Part shown: positions 14,284 through 27,066 of the stretch, one piece after another | Layout of the letters: each line of letters begins with the position of its first letter | Numbering within the stretch: the stretch's first letter is position 1 | DNA from: Balanoglossus misakiensis | Taxonomy: Eukaryota; Animalia; Hemichordata | NCBI GenBank assembly: GCA_040954595.2 | Contig: CM082595.2 | Location: 1,738,635-1,802,634, forward strand | Length of the DNA stretch: 64,000 bases | Direction: 5' to 3' | Program-made: the position numbers and the translations under genes | The notes under the pieces: model-generated | Databases searched by the model: none | Seen by the model: only the letters and a program-made list of their open reading frames with translations | Told to the model about the DNA's origin: nothing

Positions 14284-17180
14284 AAATTATCATTTGACCG
14301 CTGATCAAGTTTCAAACATTCAAAATTGTACACTTTATTTTCCAACGTAAACCAACCACTTTTTGACGTTTTCATTTCAACAGAAATGTGATTTTTACAA
14401 AATCTAGCATTCCATGGGGACTGATAACGCTACGCTCTTCGCACGATTTTCCCGCAATTATCGGCAATTATCGCTGGCTCCCAATACAAGCTATGACGTC
14501 ATATAAAATCGCTCGCTAATCGGCTAATCTCTGCAGCTGAACCCCATAAGCCAACCAGATCGAAAAACGCAATGCTCATAGCCAATCTATGAATCCTATA
14601 ATAAGCCTACCAAATCGACAAAGCCAAGCCCAGCTAATCGTCTAATCTAGCTCTGCAACCTATACCAGATCAACAAGACCAAACCAAGTCCAGCTTATCA
14701 TAATGTTATGTCCGTGCGCCACACTACGCCGCCGTCCTCCCCCCATACCCTTCGCACAAACTTGTCCCACCTATTAAATTCATTTACAGAAAAAAAATAT
14801 CGCATGCCCGCGGTTATTCCGTCCTTGCTACGCCATGCAATCGCATGTCCTATATTGTTTACAGTAAGATATTACTGAGTTATTTTACCATTTAATATAA
14901 AGCCTAGAGTCAAATTTAAAAGGATGAAATATGTAAATGAGTCAAATATATTAGCTAGGGTTTTAATCCAGTAAGTATAGCCACTATTTCAAATCTCATT
15001 TTATGTTAGCGATATTTAAGATTTTTGTTTCATTGAAACAGTACCTAATCATGTTCCCAGTAATGTTTGCGAGCTTTATCATTGCAAGAAAGCAATAAAT
15101 ATAATTTAAATTCCTGCAAAGTATTTCTTAAACGCATAAAAATGTCGCTGGAAATATTATAGTAACGTGTACATGAAAGTCACATGAGTACTGTCATCAA
15201 GAAGAGAATTTAAAATACTGTATAAAGCATCAAGACAGTAAAATATTTACATGTATGAATATTATTAACTATCTCTACTGTTGGTATAATTTTGATATAT
15301 ACGTCGTTTAAAATATTAAAATGTTGCTGTGTATATTGTCGAAATATTAAAATGGATGTGCTATCATTATGCAGTTTTATTACAGCAAAATTTACATTGT
15401 AACTACTCCACTCTATCTCAGACTGATATCTTAATCCCAAATATATAGTTTAAGTGTTACAAAATTTAATTTTTAATCTTTATATAGTCTTCATATTAAT
15501 AAACAAGTTTTCTTTAATTTGTACACTGACGTCGACTTTATTATTAGTAATTTCGAATTTTGTTTGTAAATAAGTGTTGGACTGTAACTCACCTGCAGAT
15601 GGGCCGGCTGCCTTGAAAAGTACTGCGGTTGACTCCTCTGCGTCGCCATAACGACGGTAGCCTCGAACGCAGAATAAATTTGTCCGTGCCTTGAAGAAAG
15701 AGAAAAACATCCGTTTCAAAAGCTGAATGAAAAGTGAAACACTGTCAATCTACACGTTTACCCTTAAAGTGGGAGTCCCACATCCCTGGCTTCGGGGATT
15801 AATGTATCGAGGAAACTTCGCGTCACGTGTGGATGTGCGCCTAACCTAAAAGCATTTTGAAGCGTTTACATCGATGAATTCACATTAATCTTTTTTCTAT
15901 AGAAATGGAAGCAACTACAAACGCGGACATTAGCAGCAAATCCTCCACAGGTACGTTTATTGTGAAGTCAGAATGTCAAATTAACATAAAAATCATTCTG
16001 GGGAAAAGTTAGTGATTGTTGTAAGTTCTTTTGTTGTTTGACATTTGGAAGATTTCATGTAGCGAACAATCAGAATCAACGATTAAGTTATCTGCATTAA
16101 TTACAGAGAAAAGACTTGGTCAAGAAGATGACTTCTCTCTTCCAATTACACATCTAGGCCACACTTCCCTCTTAGCGCAAACTACCGTCCAATCACAGTC
16201 GGAGGAAAGAACGACTGCGGCAGTGAGGACACAAAGAAATGAAACAGTTTCAGAGGCTGGAAGTAATAGCCTAGACTGTCAGCAGTCGCTCACGCCTTCT
16301 TTGTCTAAATTAGCGATGCAGGCACAATCATTGCCAGCTATACTGATAGTGCACGAAGCAATGGCCAAAACGGCACAAGCGGCTGTCGACAGTCTAGTAA
16401 TCTCCCAGTTCCTTTGTTGCAGGATAATTAACATTTCTGTCATTTCATTTCAATGAAAAAAGATGAAGTGGACACTTCATTGGTTAATGACAACAGGTGG
16501 GCTGTGCTTTCTTTGGAAGCTTCAGGAATTTCTCAAGTTCAAGCTCGCTAATATCATGTGTGTTCTCTGTTTTTTTTCTCCTAACCAAAGTTGACGTCGA
16601 GAGCCTTCTGATCGCCGTACTGGTCCTGTTGACAATATGCCTCGTGTTAATGGTAGTCGGTTTGGTCCTCTCGCAAATATTCAACCACAAACTGTTGCAG
16701 GCTATTAGATCGAGTCACCGCCCTGATAACACCACCGCGGAAGATCGAGACAGACCAACCGGGAACAATGTCACCAATTACAACAAACCTCGACCAGCAG
16801 CAAATTGGCAAAAACCTACAATCACGGAAATGACACCAGTCGAAACAATATAAAACTTATCACTTTACCTCTGGTCAATTTTACAGATTCAATTTTTTAC
16901 ACGTTATTTTCCAACGTACACCCAATCACTGTTTTGATGTTTTTATTTCAAGAATATTTTCAAATTTCATCTGACGTTAACAATATTTAAGATTTTTCCA
17001 GTGAAACAGTACTTTACCGTGATCCTAGTGGTTTGCGAGTTTTATCATTGCGAGAAAAAATAATTTAATTATTCAATTTTTTTTTAGAAAAATTTACATT
17101 CCACTCTCTCTGATATAAAGTTTAAGTGTTGCAGAATTTCGTATTAATAAATGTGTTTTCTCTTTTTATACACTGTCGAC
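13624..17180 (+). repeat. Diverged tandem duplication of the 3' end of gene A (~13624-15540 versus ~15808-17180)
   Basis: Collinear similarity from CGAGGAAACTTC through the stalk exon, the TM-exon acceptor (CTAACCAAAG|TTGACGTCGA in both copies), the TM exon and the 3' flank. Copy 1 has ~600 bp extra at ~14385-14985. Confidence 0.85.
15903..16853 (+). CDS. Second stalk+TM+tail cassette (exons 15903-15950, 16107-16262, 16591-16853); either an alternative 3' end of gene A or a truncated paralog
   Basis: All exons start in phase 1 with intact splice sites and open frames. The TM is nearly identical to copy 1. The tail diverges but ends EMTPVETI versus EMTPVETA. Confidence 0.65.
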
Positions 17181-17902
17181 TACTGTGATGATTATAATTT
17201 TGATAAGGAACAGTGGAATTTGCAAGGAGTTACAGGCCAATATTTACAAATAGAATTTGAAATTCATAATACATGTATTATAAAGAAGCGAATCGGCCAT
17301 AATGTGATATATGGACATTGGTTAGTAGATAAACGACTTGACTTCGTCGTGTGAGGGCGAGGGACTCAATGACAGGCAGGCTTGGAACTCAACGGTATGA
17401 AAGTATTAGCCATGACAAAAGTCACTTAATTACGCTCAAATAAATTCGCGTCAGACTGTACCACGAATAACAGCCGCAAACGTGCAAGGTTGCACGAGGC
17501 CTGTAAACTACAGTTTGTCGACGAGAGCGCTGTATTGTGAGTGCAGAGCATCGCCATGGAAAACAAAATCTTGCGGATGAAATGCGGACAATAGTGGTTG
17601 TGGTCAAGCAATCACACGCTTTTCAGTGGACGAAGTTGCCTGACAAGCGAATGACGGTCTGACAGATGGGTTTTGTCCGTCAACTTTACTCTAGGTTGTT
17701 AACAAACAAATAAATACAGTTGCCGTTGATTGGATATTGTGGTGGAATAACCAGGCAAAAAATAATTATATTCATTGTCATAGACAACACAAAGTTGTTT
17801 ACCCGTGGGTTAGCAGTTTCTGTTGGTCGCATCAAAAGTCATTCTATTCCAATACAGAACGATAAGAGTAACTGGGTCAGAGGCTAGAATATCAATTTCG
17901 AA

Positions 17903-19872
17903 ATGATGTCGCTCGCAGCCCTAGAAATTCTTCTGATTTTATTCACATATGTCAGACAAGCACAGTTTCAAGGTGAGTTTGGTTTGCCTTATGTATAGAA
18001 GAAAACCGAGTTCTCAAAATAATGATCAAAACCTTGAAATTGATCTCCTTTGTCGGTTGTTAAATACTCTTCAATCCAACGTTTTGCCATTCTCTTTACA
18101 AGATCCGCCGGTGTGTACGGACATCTGTATATCGTCCAACGACACCGTATGTCAAGATGCTGGTCCGGGAGGCACTGGTCTGTGCGAATATGGGACAGAC
18201 TGTATGGACTGTGGACCAAGGGATCCAAACCCTAGCCGTAGGTATTTTTAATTAATCTCGGTCTGTCCCCATCACCAAGTGACATTTGCAGTTTATGCAG
18301 AGATTGTGAAGAAAGCGCTGACCGTTTAGATCGTATTGTAGACTAGCCCACTAGTCGCTTGGTGATTGTTTGTCTTTATGAAGATTAAGATCCTCCATAC
18401 ACAGACAGGTAGACAGGTAGACAGACAAGACGGACGGCCATATTTTAACCAATCTGTTTTTATCACTTAGTTGGATGTTGGAACACCTGTTCGTTCTCGG
18501 TTGACGGTTTCTGTGACGATGGAGGAGAAGGAGCGGGATATATATACTCCTATTGTCAGCTTGGTACGGATTGTGACGACTGTGGACCGAGGGATATTCA
18601 ACTGACAACGCGTAAGCACCACAAACCCTCGTACTGAAAATCTACCTGTTTTTGAAAGAATTTATTACCGTACCCATGATTTGGGTGAATATCGGAGAAC
18701 AGCTAGGGTCGAACGTGAAAACTTCTAAATAAGACGCCCAAAATTATCACCCTCTACGACGTAAATTGAACAGAATCTCAAGCCAATTGGACATTTCTGG
18801 TGATTTAAATTTTCAAAAGTAATAATCTCGATGTATTTACTGTACTCTTTGATGCAGTCTTGTGTTCAAATACTTGCGAGTTCAACCCGAGCGATGGTAT
18901 ATGTGATGACGGTGGTCCTGGCGCGGAAAATAACTACTGCTTCTACGGTTCGGATTGTGATGATTGTGGTCCAAGGGTCTTGGTGGGTGACGGTAAGGTG
19001 ACTTGTAATTTGCACATCGAAGAAATGATAACAGTTTGTCACGCAGACTTGTAAATGTTTTTAAAAGAGAAGTTTTAAACACTTGTGAATACTTGTATGT
19101 TTTGACAGCTGAACTATGCAACGATACCTGTGTCTATGCAAATAATGCCTTCTGTGAAGATGGCGGACTTATGTCATATGACGTCGGTTGTTACTATGGA
19201 ACTGATTGCACGGACTGTGGAATTCGATTATATGGTAAGTGTCGTGTGTTGACCCCATAAATCGATTTCAGTCTTCTATACATGTATTCCAAATCCAGAA
19301 ATTCATATGTGTGTGCTCTCTCTCTCTCTCTTCTTACCTATTTTGGAATTTAAAGGCGAGACAACATTTCTAAAATCAACCTATCTTTTTGTCTTTTTTC
19401 TCCTGTCTTGCCAGTCGCTGAAAACAGCGTGACTCCATCACCGAGCGATTCCGGTATTACGGGCAATGGTTCTGTTGGTGATGTCACACAACCATCGACA
19501 ATGATAATTGTACAGGGTAAGTTATTTCAAGACACGTGTTGTGTTAACTGTTGTGCTCAATTATCGACTTTGATACAGTTTGAGCAGGTATGCACTGTGG
19601 CTATTGGGCGTGATTTCCAGCCATTTGAAAAAATATCTTCGATCTACTTCTCGCCATCTTTTATAGACAGAACTGATTTCTCTTTTTCAGGTGAAAACTA
19701 TAGTCCTCTCATCGCTGCCATCACCTTGTTGGTTATCTGTATGGTTGTTACCATAGCAGCATCCGTCACGCAGGTCGTTGTCTATGTCTACGCAAAGAAG
19801 GCGTTGACGTCCAGGAAAAGAGTGTCACCGGGACACGAAGATACACATACAGGAAAACCACCAGAGATATAG
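17903..19872 (+). CDS. Cys-module receptor gene B (~296 aa): signal peptide, 4 six-Cys modules, Ser/Thr stalk, TM, short tail. Exons 17903-17972, 18103-18237, 18471-18611, 18858-18992, 19109-19234, 19415-19516, 19691-19872
   Basis: MMSLAALEILLILFTYVRQAQFQ then G|GTGAGT; four phase 1-1 module exons (e.g. CSNTCEFNPSDGICDDGGPGAENNYCFYGSDCDDCGPR); TM LIAAITLLVICMVVTIAASVTQVVVYVYA. CDS 891 nt and open. Confidence 0.85.
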
Positions 19873-20647
19873 ACACGTTTTTTGTCTTTTATAAAGATTC
19901 TAAACTAGTTCAGTTGTTCACTTTTTGTATGTTTTTGTCTTGGGTTTACACTATAGTAACTTGGGACAAACTTTGCTGAGATTTATTTGATTTATCGTGA
20001 CCTGATTAAGCCCAATAGACTTTGGGAAAGTCTAGAAAACCACTAAAACCTACGGCGGAGCCATTGGTTCCGGAAGTGACGCCATTTTCTTAGTGTCTCC
20101 CGGGACCACTTAGCGCGGTCATTTTTAGTGAGCTGCCGACTTGTTGGGGGAGACAGTCTTTTTATTCTGTCTTTTTCTTTTTGTCTGTGGCTTATAGGAA
20201 GTAATTTTTAGGTACATATGTGGACATAGCGTTTATCGATTAATAAATACATGTACTTACCCCATATTCGTTTAGTTACTGCACAGACCACAGGTCATTG
20301 GCACAGCAGACCGCTCGCGCTTCAGGCACAGAAAGTTGCACTGTATCTCGACTTATAACACACCTAAGCAGTCATCAATAATGTAACACGCGTATCCGTA
20401 CGTACGTACACTGTCATGGATTTGTAGACAACTCGACCAGAAACTTCTGTAGCGTAGTTCAAAGATGTGGAAAAGCATGACAGGACCAACCACGTTCCAT
20501 GCGGAGTGATCATCAATCAACGCATATAGACTGGAGGGTCTCAGTGTTCTGCACACCTGTTCCAAGAGTGCAGAAAATAATTGACCAATCACGTTCAAGT
20601 GTTGCCGTTCTTTAACATAAAAACAGTTCAAGAATAAAAGGTGACTA

Positions 20648-20666
20648 TCGCCACCAGAGGGCGCTC
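20648..20666 (+). promoter_or_regulatory. CTCF-like core motif
   Basis: TCGCCACCAGAGGGCGCTC matches the CTCF core CCACCAGnGGGCGC; it is intergenic, between gene B and the CTDNEP1 3' region. Confidence 0.55.
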
Positions 20667-22969
20667 GACCAAGTCACGTGGGCATGAAAATCACGTTTCT
20701 GAACTCAGACTTTGCTTGAGCTCAGAATTGGGAATTGGATGCAATTGATTCTTCTTCGAAAGCTTTTAAATGTTATCATTAATATGGTGAACATTTGACT
20801 GTTAATTTACATGTACACGTTTTTATGCCAGGGCCACACATGTGGCATGTTGGAATGAATGACAACTTCACATGTGTATTACAAGCCAGTAAAGCTTTAA
20901 TTAAATTTCTCCAACTCATTTGAGTGTTCTTCACAATTCATTCCTTGCTACTATGGTTACAGAAAACATCAATAAATGGAAAATAAAGTCCTCAGAATAT
21001 TCTAAGTTGATAAAGATACAGACACTCGTTAATAAAAAAAAATCATGTTTCAATGTACACCCCTAGTTAATGAAAAATAGCATTCTAGCTGTGCTGAATA
21101 TTAGGACTAGTCTTTCTACAAGAAAAACAGAACAAGTTGTTTATATTCAGGTGTTTTTAAAATCCTACCACATTCCTTTTGGCCTATAATCTTCACATTA
21201 CTGGAAATCTTTTGGGAGAAGTTTAAATTCATGAATTGAGCACATAATAAATCATACTGAAATGACCTTTCAGTATATTCATTGGAGAGAATATGAAACT
21301 GGGGTGTGTGATTGGAAACGCAACTTTCTAGAAAGGGATAATGTAGCAGAGAACACATGGCTATGTTTAACAACTCTATATATTGGTAAAGTAGGTTTCT
21401 TTTTACAATTTTCTTATCCTGAGTAAGACATTATTTCATCAGAAAAAAACATATGTGGAAAAAAAAATTACTATTTCATCAGAAAAAAAATGATATGGAC
21501 AAAATGAATAATATTGGTAAAGCTTGGGTGAGCTCACTGTAAAAGGTTAATCTGTACACCACTTCTTCCAATACCACCAAAAACAAGAACTGACCCACAT
21601 TGTGGTATATTAACAAAGTGCAATTAACATACCAAAACTCAATCACATAAATACCATAGCAAAAATAAACCATACATTTCTTCACATTAATGGGGTGATA
21701 CACTACTGTCCAAAAACAATTATTTGCGTCAGAGAGTATAGATAGTTGGGGAAACATCATTTATCTCTCCCTTCTTCTTAATTCATGATCATATATATAA
21801 AAATGCGTCTTCCTCACGTTTGGATTTGCCAAAAGAAAACTTCTAAAATACATTCTACTCCAACAAAAGTGCAGCATTTTTCTGACAAAAAAATAATATT
21901 ATAACATCACCTTGGCTATACTCAGAAGCATCTTGCATGAATAAACTGGGGAAAAGTTTCTGTAGTGTTTATCTTAGCCAGGTTAAAGGAGAAGTCATTG
22001 AGATCATTATATCCAGAGTAAGTTGAGGAGCCCTGTTTTTCTTGATGTCTGATGGTGATAAGGTAGTCCACACCTCTGCACTAAATTTTAAGAGAGAAAA
22101 TCCTTCAGCAGAATACGAGAAAAAGTTTAAGATTTTGATTTTTGAATGGTTCACTAATCGATCGATCAGAATCCGTTCAGATTGTCTTAATACTGGTAGG
22201 CATTAATTCAACACGTATGCAGCTTGCATGATGTAAGTTTTGTTTCTTTGCTGGAGTCAAGTCCCAGTGTAAGGTCTTAAACACTTCAACAGTTTGCATT
22301 GTTGCTTACATTGCTAACTTAAGTGGTGGCAAAATATTACATAAAATGGTTCAAATAGTCAGTGTGGGAAAACACCATCAAACTAGTGACACTGCAATAC
22401 TAAATGCCAATTAGAGCTGCCTATCTTGCAAAAAAAAAAAGATATTTCCTTTTATGTCAGTAAACAATAACTGTTAGTAGGCATGACCATATGATGCAAA
22501 ATTTAAGCGTATGGTCGCATCTTTGTTCTCCCTGTTAGTGCTGACAGACTTCACGTGCATTAAGCTATCAAAACTAAGGATTTTTTTTTTCATATTGCAT
22601 CTATGTATCAAAATATTGCTTATCAATCACAGACATCCTGAGGTGCCTGAACCCCCTAAGTGAATGTAAATCTGAGCTCTACTCCATTATCTGATTGACT
22701 CTGGGAAACTGAGAAGCGACCTAAGGGGCACAGTAAGTACTTTATCTCCATCAACTTTCAATCATTCTTCCATTCAACAAAAGACACACATCCAACACGT
22801 CTTCTGGAAAAAGTTAATACTACACTTGGTTTATAGGTTCCTACAAGATACACCCGGTCAGAAGAAAATATTATACATGGAATTCCAGTGACATCTTCCA
22901 TACAAAAATCTGTTGCAAAATTGAAACTGAGACTAATACACAAAGCTAATAGCTTGAGATTCATTTGGC

Positions 22970-23034
22970 ATTCTAACCTAGCTAGGGAGTCTGACCAGCA
23001 AAGTAAGGGTCAGACTCCCTAGCTGGGTTAGAAT
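22970..23034. repeat. Near-perfect hairpin (27-bp stem with 1 mismatch, 11-nt loop)
   Basis: ATTCTAACCTAGCTAGGGAGTCTGACC pairs with GGTCAGACTCCCTAGCTGGGTTAGAAT. Confidence 0.85.
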
Positions 23035-23315
23035 TCCAAAGTAGTCACTGTGAGGGGATTGAGTCTGAGGATCACTGTGAACTTGAGATCGGCCATTATT
23101 GTCTGCTGTCACTGATAATGTCAACGTTTTAACTACTATTTCCATACATTATTTCAGTTTTTACAAATTTACGAATGGATGGACACCTCAGCTTACAGCA
23201 AAATGACAGAGGAAACCTCAGCTTGCTACAACGTCAGTCAGCCCACACACATCTACAGTTGGTGGAAGCCAGGTATAGGATACAATGTATCAATATGCAT
23301 TGGTTACATTCACTA

Positions 23316-26300
23316 CTACTGTAGCCATTGTCTATGCAAATGCAAATTTCTACTGAGGACTGAACGAACGTCTTGTGTGAACCTGAGACCATCTAAGACT
23401 GGCAGAAGATTTAATAATGCAACATCACTTGGATCTGAAAACCATGATCTGATTGGCACTGCATTATCTGAAACAAAGTAGAAAACATTCTTGTTATAGC
23501 AGAAATCATCAGATTGATGCTTTGACTGCAAAATTATTTCACATTACTGAAGAACCTTCTGTAATATTTTATGTACTTGATAAATCACATACCTGGAAAT
23601 GATCTGTATGCGCCAGGCGAGTTATCTATTATAAATATACTGGATAAATCTGATGAAACAGCTGACAAGTCTTTGGTGTAACTCCCATAGTCTAATGTAC
23701 AATGCTGTAATATACAAAATACACCAAATATAACATGATTAAAGTTGTTCAAAGTTCAAAAACTTCTCAGGAGTTTTTCAGGTCAAAACCAGGCATATCA
23801 ATTGTTATAAGAAATTACCTGTCTATAATATCGCCTATTCAGGATTCCTCTTTTGTTGTCTAATTTGTCAGCCACAGCTGAACCATAAATTTCCATACTT
23901 GCTGTGAAAATAACTATTTCATACCACTGGCTTACCTGAAATTGAAAGAAATGAGATTTCAGCTTTGAATCAAGTTCATTTCTATGATTTACCAAGATCT
24001 AATTGTGACTCAGTAACCAAATATTATGATAAAATGCATCTCCTTTTTCACTTACCACTTCGAGAAAAAAATCCACGTGTGGTCTTTTGTAAACAAAAAA
24101 TCGGACTGGATGTCCGTCTATTGTGACCTGTAAAAATGGATAATTAAAAAATATGATGAAGTTATTATAGCATACATATTCACTTGAGTTAAAGCAATTT
24201 CTGTTGGCTGATTTGTTGGGTACATGTTTTCCAAATGTGGCGTTTTCAGATTCTGCCAACATCCTTCTCACCTCATCATTGACCCATGACCTCAAAAGGT
24301 CAAGTGTCATAAAAATGAAGACAAATAACAAACAACTAACCTTGAGAAGAAAATCTGGCGGTGTGCCAGGTCGCACTGTAGGTCGTATGACACCGTCATG
24401 ATGTGAGTGAATTAATGTTTCATCTAGATCTAACACCATTGTTTTTTTCCTGACTAAATCTGTAAAAGAGGGAATATTATGATTGTTACAACGTTAAGTG
24501 AGCGAATATTAACATTTTTGAAAAGTGACTTTTCGTCAAAAATATGAGTAATAGCATACTTAGTCTGTGTCTTGATAATGGTGATAGAGGTAGAATATCA
24601 TATCTGACTGTCTGGTGTTGAATTATCTGAAAAGGATAAAAAAAGACAGACAATTAATATTACTATGGATCAGATGCATGTTTCGCATGTTACGTGCATT
24701 GCATGTAATGCTAATCAGGGTCACACTGTGCTGAAATCCACCACGGAAGTAGGTCATACATGTTTAAGGATGTTATCTACATGTAATATTGCATAATAAA
24801 TTGTTTTCTGGATATCTTATTGTTTCAGTTGTGTCGTAGTACCTTTTCTGCCTCATCTCATTTGCAATACATTATGACTGACATTTTTGTTTGTCTTTAA
24901 AACTTCTGTGGTAGGATATGACCTCTGAACCCTGGTAGCAGCTACTGACAACTTATCACATCTGTGGAGGTCAGCAGAGGTCACAAAGTATCAATTGTCA
25001 TTTGGTGTCCAAGGAGATCAAATTTGGGACAGGCTAACTTAGAAGACAACAAGACAGGGCATAAAAACTGACCTATTTCTGTATGAATGGTTTTATTGTG
25101 TTTCCCCCAACATTACCCACTAGACACTTAGTCAAACAAACTCTACCTGGTCAGGTGAGAAACATCCAGGTGGTAAATAAAAGCCCATTAACAATTGCCA
25201 TATGACGCCCAGCATTTATCATCACCACATACAATTCTGTGTTAAAGCTTCCACCCTGCACATTTTTAATGTGTACATACAGTGGAATGTGTGGAGACTA
25301 ATATCAGCTTAGGAAATCACTTTGCATATTTGAAATATAACAATCATTGCGACCCCATGATGTAGGTTGTATGTTCTTTTCAAAAGCAGACACATCCATT
25401 CTCTAACAAACACTCTGGACACAGTTTGACTTTTCAAGCTTCTTTCTGGTTGAGGATCACCTTTATCAAAATCCAACTTCCGAAATGACTGTCAGTTATA
25501 TAAAATTATATGCCCACCAAAACAATGGATCTATACATACACACTTACATGTACATTGAACACATTTGGCTCACTGCCAAGACTCTTTCATAAACTGTTC
25601 TTTGAAGTCAATTTCATTTTCATATTTGCTGCACAAATATAAACTACATCAAGTAATGCCCATTTTGAAACAAGATTCATTTCATTTTAGGGAAGTATGG
25701 TTGTAATATGGATGTTTTATACCACAGCAGCAAATCATTATCAACTTGTAACAGCTGTTTACAGATGACAGATTCAACAAACCCAATTCATAGTCATTCT
25801 CTGCCAATTGTCACTATATATCTATGGTAGTTTCATGTCAATATTGTCAGAGAAAAGTCTACTGGTACATGACATCTGGAGTAAAATATAATGTGCATAT
25901 TTGAAGAACACAAATGGTATAAAATTGTGTTGTTCATAACACTACCCGGAATTCACAGCTATCTCAGTGGTGCAAAGAGTACAATCCACTGTGAGCTGGT
26001 TAAAAAGGTCAAAGCTTTTAGTGTCAGTGTGACTTTGCTAGGTTATATAGGTCACCTTTTAAATCTTCAACATAATAACTGAAAATTAAAATGGACATAA
26101 ACCAATTCAAGTCTTCATGTACTGTTATTATATATACCAGGAAATGGCACTGTTTTTCTTTTAATCTCATTATCTTCAAACAAATTAATCAATGCAAGTA
26201 ACATCGCACAATCTATAACTGGAAAAGTTTATTGCACCTGTCAAGATATGTCCTTCGAGTCAGTTTACATATGCAGACATTTGAGATACTCATCAAATCA

Positions 26301-27066
26301 TGATGACCAACCACAGTTCCTCCATCAGGATAATGAAAAAAAAACTGTGCAGAAATCCCCTGAAGAATCTTGGAGATTTTATCTCCAGCAATGCAAATAA
26401 TGACTTGAGAATGTTCAGTTATTTGTTAATGAGGTTTACACAGGGCCAGGTGGTCCCATATTAGCCACCTGTCTTACACTTAAAGATAAACAAAGCTATC
26501 AATGTTAATTTCAAGAGGTTAACAGTTGTAACCAGTCACATGATCAGAAATAAACACACCTATTTACAAACAGTTTAGTCTAATTAATGCCATCCCACAA
26601 ATTCATATACCACGACTGGGAAACCATTGTCAAACTGGACGATTTGGAGAGCGTGTTTGATCTATGGTTTCCACATGCCGGGTTTTCCATGAGGGGAGGG
26701 TACACGTAACGTAATCGATACCCTAAGCCTTCATTCATTTACGAGGCCCACGCGACCTTTCACATGACACACACGGTTGACATTCGTGAAATCACACTTT
26801 CTAAATACTGTCAACAGCAATGTCACATCAAATATGCGCTATCATACACATCACATGATCTCTATCTCCTCATTCCATTCTGCAAACTGCACTTGATGTG
26901 TGAAATAGTGTACGTTTTATGACAGAAATTCGTGTCCGTATTTCGACTGGTGCATGGTGACCCTTACCGTTCTAATGTTTTTCCGGAGAAGGTAGCATAT
27001 TAAACTCCATAGTTTTGCGGCCAGAAGTATCACCGTTCGAAAGCCCATTAGAAGCAGTGTTCGCAT
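23316..27066 (-). CDS. CTDNEP1: CTD nuclear envelope phosphatase 1 (Dullard). Exons 27066-26968, 24626-24560, 24459-24341, 24127-24056, 23935-23819, 23704-23593, 23467-23316
   Basis: N-terminus [33 protein letters not shown]; [12 protein letters not shown]; HAD motif [15 protein letters not shown]; KRPHVDFFL; [11 protein letters not shown]; C-terminus [16 protein letters not shown]. Confidence 0.97.

Noticed and set aside
10358-19234. Regularly recurring modules as a CRISPR-like array, or as standard EGF/LDLa/LNR repeats
   Set aside because: Conservation is at the protein level in spliced eukaryotic exons, and the Cys spacing differs from those domains.
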